Assembly (NCBI GenBank): GCA_965140415.1
Contig: OZ223209.1
Location: forward strand, 2,336,001-2,400,000
From: Myxococcota bacterium
GTDB lineage: Bacteria > Myxococcota_A > SURF-8
Length of the DNA: 64,000 bases
Direction of reading: 5' to 3'
A program made the translations under genes and the position numbers. Each line of letters opens with the position of its first letter. Positions within the stretch are counted from its first letter, which is position 1. The notes beneath the pieces were generated by a model. That model ran no database searches. It was not told where the DNA came from and saw only the letters and a list, made by a program, of their open reading frames with translations. Of this stretch, positions 60,072 to 64,000 are shown piece by piece.

Positions 60072-61655
60072 ATGCAGGGAAGAAAAATGAAAATGCTACG
60101 CTTGGTTTGTGGGTTGCACGTGATCCTGTTTGCTCTGATGATCTGCGGATGTGATTCGAATGATGATACGAATGCCGTGGATGGCGACTTGGAACTCGAT
60201 GGGATCGATCAGGTTGAAGATGACGTTGAAATGGATTCGGTTAACACGGGGTTGATTCCAAGTGTTATGGATGGACGTTTATATGCTGCTGCTGCCTGGC
60301 GAGTAATTACGCCCACAGATGAAAATCACCCCTGCCCAAAATACATGGGAGGTACCGCCAGTAATCGGATGGCGGAGGGAACCAATGATGATCTGGAAGC
60401 ACGTGTGATCGTACTACAGCAAAACGGCGTACATGCCGTATTGGTGTCGATGGACCTGGTCGGTTGGTTGATTACGGATGTGTCTAGGGTTCAGGATCGA
60501 CTCGAAGAACAGGGCGTTTTGCGGGATCATGTGATCATTTCGAGTACGCATACGCACAATGCCGCCGATACAATCGGAGTATGGGGAGATGGGCTGAATC
60601 AATCCGGGCGTTGTCCGGAATACAGTGCGTTTTTGGTAGATACTGTAATCGAACTGGTTGAGGAGGCTGCCGCAAGGATGGTTCCCGTGCAGGCAAAGGC
60701 TGCGACGATTGAAATCAACGAAACGGCTTCGAATTTTCCGTCATTGATACGGGATTCGAGAATTCCCCATGTTACCAATACAAATTTTGTTGTGGCGCAG
60801 TTCGTCGATGACCAGCAGCTGACCGTTGCCACGATGATCAACTGGCACAGCCACCCGGAAGCGCTGATTGAAAAAGATATTTACAGCGCGGATTTCCCTC
60901 GCTGGACGAGAAAGAAAGTTGAAGAGGAGTTAGGCGGAACCTGTGTCTATTTCAGCGGCACGGTAGGTGGCTTGCTGACGCCAATTGGAGTTGATGTGCC
61001 TCTTAGAACGGAACAAGGAGAACCGGTTCTGGAAAATGGTCAGCCGGAACTGGTGGAGGAAAGTATCCCGGCCAAAGCCTGGAGCATGGGATATATTGTG
61101 GGGGAATATGCGCTGAAGGCGCTGGCTGAACAGGCTGTGCCTCTTGAGGGGGAACTTGCCATCGATACGGAAAATGTCGAATTTCCCTTTGAAAACATCG
61201 TCTTTGTCCTCGGTTTCAACTCCGGAATTCTGGAGGCTTATGATGGAATGATCAAGGATAATCCGGATAAGTGCGGTTTTTACGGTTGTATGCCGATGAC
61301 ATTGGCGCATCTTCAACTCGGTATTTTTCACATCGTAACGATACCCGGTGAACTGTTTTCCGAGCTTTCCATCGGGCGTGAGGCGTCCACCTATGATTGG
61401 AGTGATGAATCCGAAGGTGCATACGGTATTAAAGAGTATCCTGCGATTTCAGGATATCGCGAAAAACTTCCCCAGGGACATCTACTGATGGAATTCGGGC
61501 TGGCGAATAATGAAATCGGGTACATTCTGCCCGAAAGCGATTACACACCAGACAGTCATCCCAGTAACTATGAAGAGTATTTCTCGATTTCCAAACAGAC
61601 CGCAGCTTTGGTGCAGCAAGCTATTGGTGCTTTACTGGAGCGTTCCTATCAGTAG
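60072..61655 (+). CDS. Lipoprotein with a neutral/alkaline ceramidase-like metallohydrolase domain
   Basis: Lipobox ICG-C; DDLEARVIVL, STHTHNAAD, NWHSHPE, SADFP, IPGELF, GLANNEIGYI. Confidence 0.75.
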   Translation: MQGRKMKMLRLVCGLHVILFALMICGCDSNDDTNAVDGDLELDGIDQVEDDVEMDSVNTGLIPSVMDGRLYAAAAWRVITPTDENHPCPKYMGGTASNRMAEGTNDDLEARVIVLQQNGVHAVLVSMDLVGWLITDVSRVQDRLEEQGVLRDHVIISSTHTHNAADTIGVWGDGLNQSGRCPEYSAFLVDTVIELVEEAAARMVPVQAKAATIEINETASNFPSLIRDSRIPHVTNTNFVVAQFVDDQQLTVATMINWHSHPEALIEKDIYSADFPRWTRKKVEEELGGTCVYFSGTVGGLLTPIGVDVPLRTEQGEPVLENGQPELVEESIPAKAWSMGYIVGEYALKALAEQAVPLEGELAIDTENVEFPFENIVFVLGFNSGILEAYDGMIKDNPDKCGFYGCMPMTLAHLQLGIFHIVTIPGELFSELSIGREASTYDWSDESEGAYGIKEYPAISGYREKLPQGHLLMEFGLANNEIGYILPESDYTPDSHPSNYEEYFSISKQTAALVQQAIGALLERSYQ

Positions 61656-63511
61656 TAGTAGAAGATGCTGCTGTAGTCGTCGATATCTTCCCCGATCTGT
61701 TCCAACCGCTTTAAATAAGACAAGATAGGGACGTCTTTGCCGATGTAGGTCTGCTGTTCCGCGATGTTCTTTTCCCAGGGATGGAATTCGTACAGCCTCT
61801 CTCCTGTTGGTAGAATGGCGATCAGATCTCGGTCTTGAGCGGAATTGAGGTAGTTTTTCCCAAGCTTTGGAACGTTGTAAACGGGTTCGTCGGTTCGCTC
61901 CAATCCGGGCAACAGGCGCGCTTCTTCACCGCGCTCCTGAAGCAGACGAGCCAAGGGGACGCGGTAGTTGGCGGTTTCCCCTTTCCCTTTTGGATTGAAG
62001 GTATAGTAGGGATCGATTCCGATCTGTTTCAGCATACGGCGTAGTTTGGCCGCCTCGAAACGCCGCGAAATGTAGAAAGTGAAAACCATCTGGTTGTATA
62101 CGCCAATCCCTGCGTCTCGTAGTTTTTGTACTGCTGTAACCATGTCCGGGTTGATTTCGTATGGGTGCTGGACGTGTGTAACCAGATCCAGGGAACGAAC
62201 GCCGGGAATGGTGAATTCCTTCAGAACATTTACTAGTTCGTCTGTAATGCGCATGGGGACTGTGACCGGCATGCGCGAGCCGATTCGTACTCGCGAAACG
62301 TGGGAAATTTCCGATAAACGGGTCAAGATATCCCGAATGCGCCCATCACCCATCACCAATGGATCGCCACCGGTAATCAGTACTTCATGGATGGTATCGT
62401 GTTGAGCAATCCACTCGATGGCTTCTGTTAACTGATCGGGAGTGGCCATCGCTTCCGGTGCCATGGCTTCGTCGATTTCCCAGTTACGCTGGCAATATAC
62501 ACAAATCTGGGGACAGCTGTTGTAGGGTTTCAAAATCAGGATATTGGCGTAGCGCCGCGTAATCAGATTTTTAGGGGATGTGTCGTGTTCTCCCATGAAA
62601 TCAAAGGCATATTCCAGGTCGTCTCGATTCTCACGCATGGCGGCTATGTAGTTTTGCGGCGGGAAAATCTGAGCACGTAAAGACCTGTCATCATTGCCGA
62701 AATCATTTAAAAGTGAAAGGTAGAATGGAGTGGCGCCAAATGGAAGGCGAAGTTCTTTTGCCTGTCGAATTGCATGCTTTTCGTTATCGGTAAGCTGAAC
62801 GAGGACCTGTAGCCTTTCTGTGTCCTTGATGACATGTCGGGTTTGCCAGATCCAGTTGTTCCAGTCTTCTTCAGTTGCTGAGAAATAGTTTAGGATTCGT
62901 TGCTTATATTTTTCTCTGACACGAATGGTTTCTTTGCTCAGCCCATCAGGATAGCGATTCATTGTTGATTCTGCATGAGTGGCAAGTTCATCCAGTTGCT
63001 TAGATCGGCGTATCGCTGCCTGGCGTCCCTTAAGTAGCTCGATATTATGGAAGTTTCTAACTGTGTTGCGATCACCTTGGCCGTGTAAGCCAAGAAACAG
63101 GTAATACGTTTCCGCCAGGAAATCCGGCTTCAAATCCGAGCGGTTGATTTGGTTTGAAATGTCCCACAACGCACGGACAAAGCTGAATTTGGCTTCCTTT
63201 TCGTTGTGTGGATCGAGTAAGTTTAGAAAAACCCGTACTGCGTTACGGATACGGAAACGATTCGTGAACGATTGTGAACGGTCGAATGCATTTCGCTGAT
63301 GTTCGCTTACGTAATTGTAGAGATTTTCTCGTGCTTCTTCCAGGTCGTTGCAATCTGCAAGATTGGATAGAAGGGGAGTGGCGATTTGTAGCAATAGGGA
63401 ACGATAGTCCTCTACAATGTCAATCGTGTGGCGTTCAGATTCCAGGTCACACGGGATTGTCATGTAGTGAGAAGCTCTTTCGTTGGGCATAAAATCGCGC
63501 ATGTCTGTCAT
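61649..63511 (-). CDS. KamA-family (lysine 2,3-aminomutase-like) radical SAM protein with a long N-terminal extension
   Basis: WNNWIWQ, ATPFYLSL, CPQICVYCQR, EVLITGGDPL, RIGSRMPV, HPYEI; GAGGAGG RBS before 63511. Confidence 0.88.
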   Translation of the reverse strand: MTDMRDFMPNERASHYMTIPCDLESERHTIDIVEDYRSLLLQIATPLLSNLADCNDLEEARENLYNYVSEHQRNAFDRSQSFTNRFRIRNAVRVFLNLLDPHNEKEAKFSFVRALWDISNQINRSDLKPDFLAETYYLFLGLHGQGDRNTVRNFHNIELLKGRQAAIRRSKQLDELATHAESTMNRYPDGLSKETIRVREKYKQRILNYFSATEEDWNNWIWQTRHVIKDTERLQVLVQLTDNEKHAIRQAKELRLPFGATPFYLSLLNDFGNDDRSLRAQIFPPQNYIAAMRENRDDLEYAFDFMGEHDTSPKNLITRRYANILILKPYNSCPQICVYCQRNWEIDEAMAPEAMATPDQLTEAIEWIAQHDTIHEVLITGGDPLVMGDGRIRDILTRLSEISHVSRVRIGSRMPVTVPMRITDELVNVLKEFTIPGVRSLDLVTHVQHPYEINPDMVTAVQKLRDAGIGVYNQMVFTFYISRRFEAAKLRRMLKQIGIDPYYTFNPKGKGETANYRVPLARLLQERGEEARLLPGLERTDEPVYNVPKLGKNYLNSAQDRDLIAILPTGERLYEFHPWEKNIAEQQTYIGKDVPILSYLKRLEQIGEDIDDYSSIFYYY

Positions 63512-63862
63512 AAGATCCCTCCTCTTCAAAATCGTCCCGGTGCAACGGCGATAATAGCGGTTCCGCAAGAATGCGACAGGTTGTTGGCTAAAGATCCGTA
63601 TCTAATGAAGATCGTAATGATGTTCAACGCAGAATCGATCTCTTGTATGTTTGTATATAGCAGGTTCTAGATGGGATTGCAAGTGCATGCCCGAAATTAG
63701 CGAGAATCACGGTGGAAAAGAGTAAGCAATATTCCATAAAATATTAGAATAGAATGTATAAATTGGTATTTAATGTTGAAGTTATGAGTAATAAACAAAA
63801 CAAGAGGTTTGCTGTGAATAAAGTGAGGGACACTGTAAGTGTATGTTAATACATGAAAAAAC

Positions 63863-64000
63863 CTAGTTTTTGTTTCTTGAGACAAGCAGGAGCCCTGAAG
63901 TCAGAACAAATAGAGCGGCAATCACAAACAAAACGTATGCGACAAGATCCAGGGGCGGAATGTCGCCTACATCGTTCTTGATCGCTTCGCGTAGGTCGCT
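63863..64000 (-). CDS. 3' end of a CDS entering from the window end (C-terminal TM helix)
   Basis: Manual translation SDLREAIKNDVGDIPPLDLVAYVLFVIAALFVLTSGLLLVSRNKN-stop; open frame to the window edge. Confidence 0.5.
   Translation of the reverse strand, partial: SDLREAIKNDVGDIPPLDLVAYVLFVIAALFVLTSGLLLVSRNKN

Noticed and set aside
63697-63885. 62-aa ORF in the AT-rich stretch
   Set aside because: Low-complexity AT-rich sequence with no motifs; more likely an intergenic or regulatory region.

Overview
This is a gene-dense bacterial chromosomal window of moderate GC content. The gene repertoire suggests a deltaproteobacterial/Myxococcota-like diderm; this is inferred, not proven. Housekeeping blocks: hutU-hutI, ppdK, an ECF sigma/anti-sigma pair followed by lptC-lptA-lptB-rpoN-ptsN-hprK-rapZ-(EIIA-Man/HPr fusion)-ptsI, cysK, tRNA-Leu(TAA), a fused aspartate kinase/DAP decarboxylase, gcvH-gcvPA-gcvPB, ldh, and a 2-hydroxyacyl-CoA dehydratase with its activase. 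The most striking accessory content is: (i) a beta-barrel porin, an 11-heme secreted cytochrome and an internally duplicated 16-heme lipoprotein, followed by an octaheme HAO-like enzyme (candidate porin-cytochrome electron conduit); (ii) three tandem paralogous lipoproteins carrying a compact tetraheme domain on acidic DGD-repeat tethers of different length; (iii) the same DGD acidic motif in about nine lipoproteins with unrelated passenger domains; (iv) a 136-bp structured non-coding element present twice, each time about 35 nt after a stop codon; (v) a GTAG-type REP cluster beside a small AT-rich orphan gene. All calls come from by-eye motif recognition without database searches, so novelty statements are hypotheses. 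Several start codons were moved from the ORF track using RBS, signal-peptide and gene-overlap evidence.
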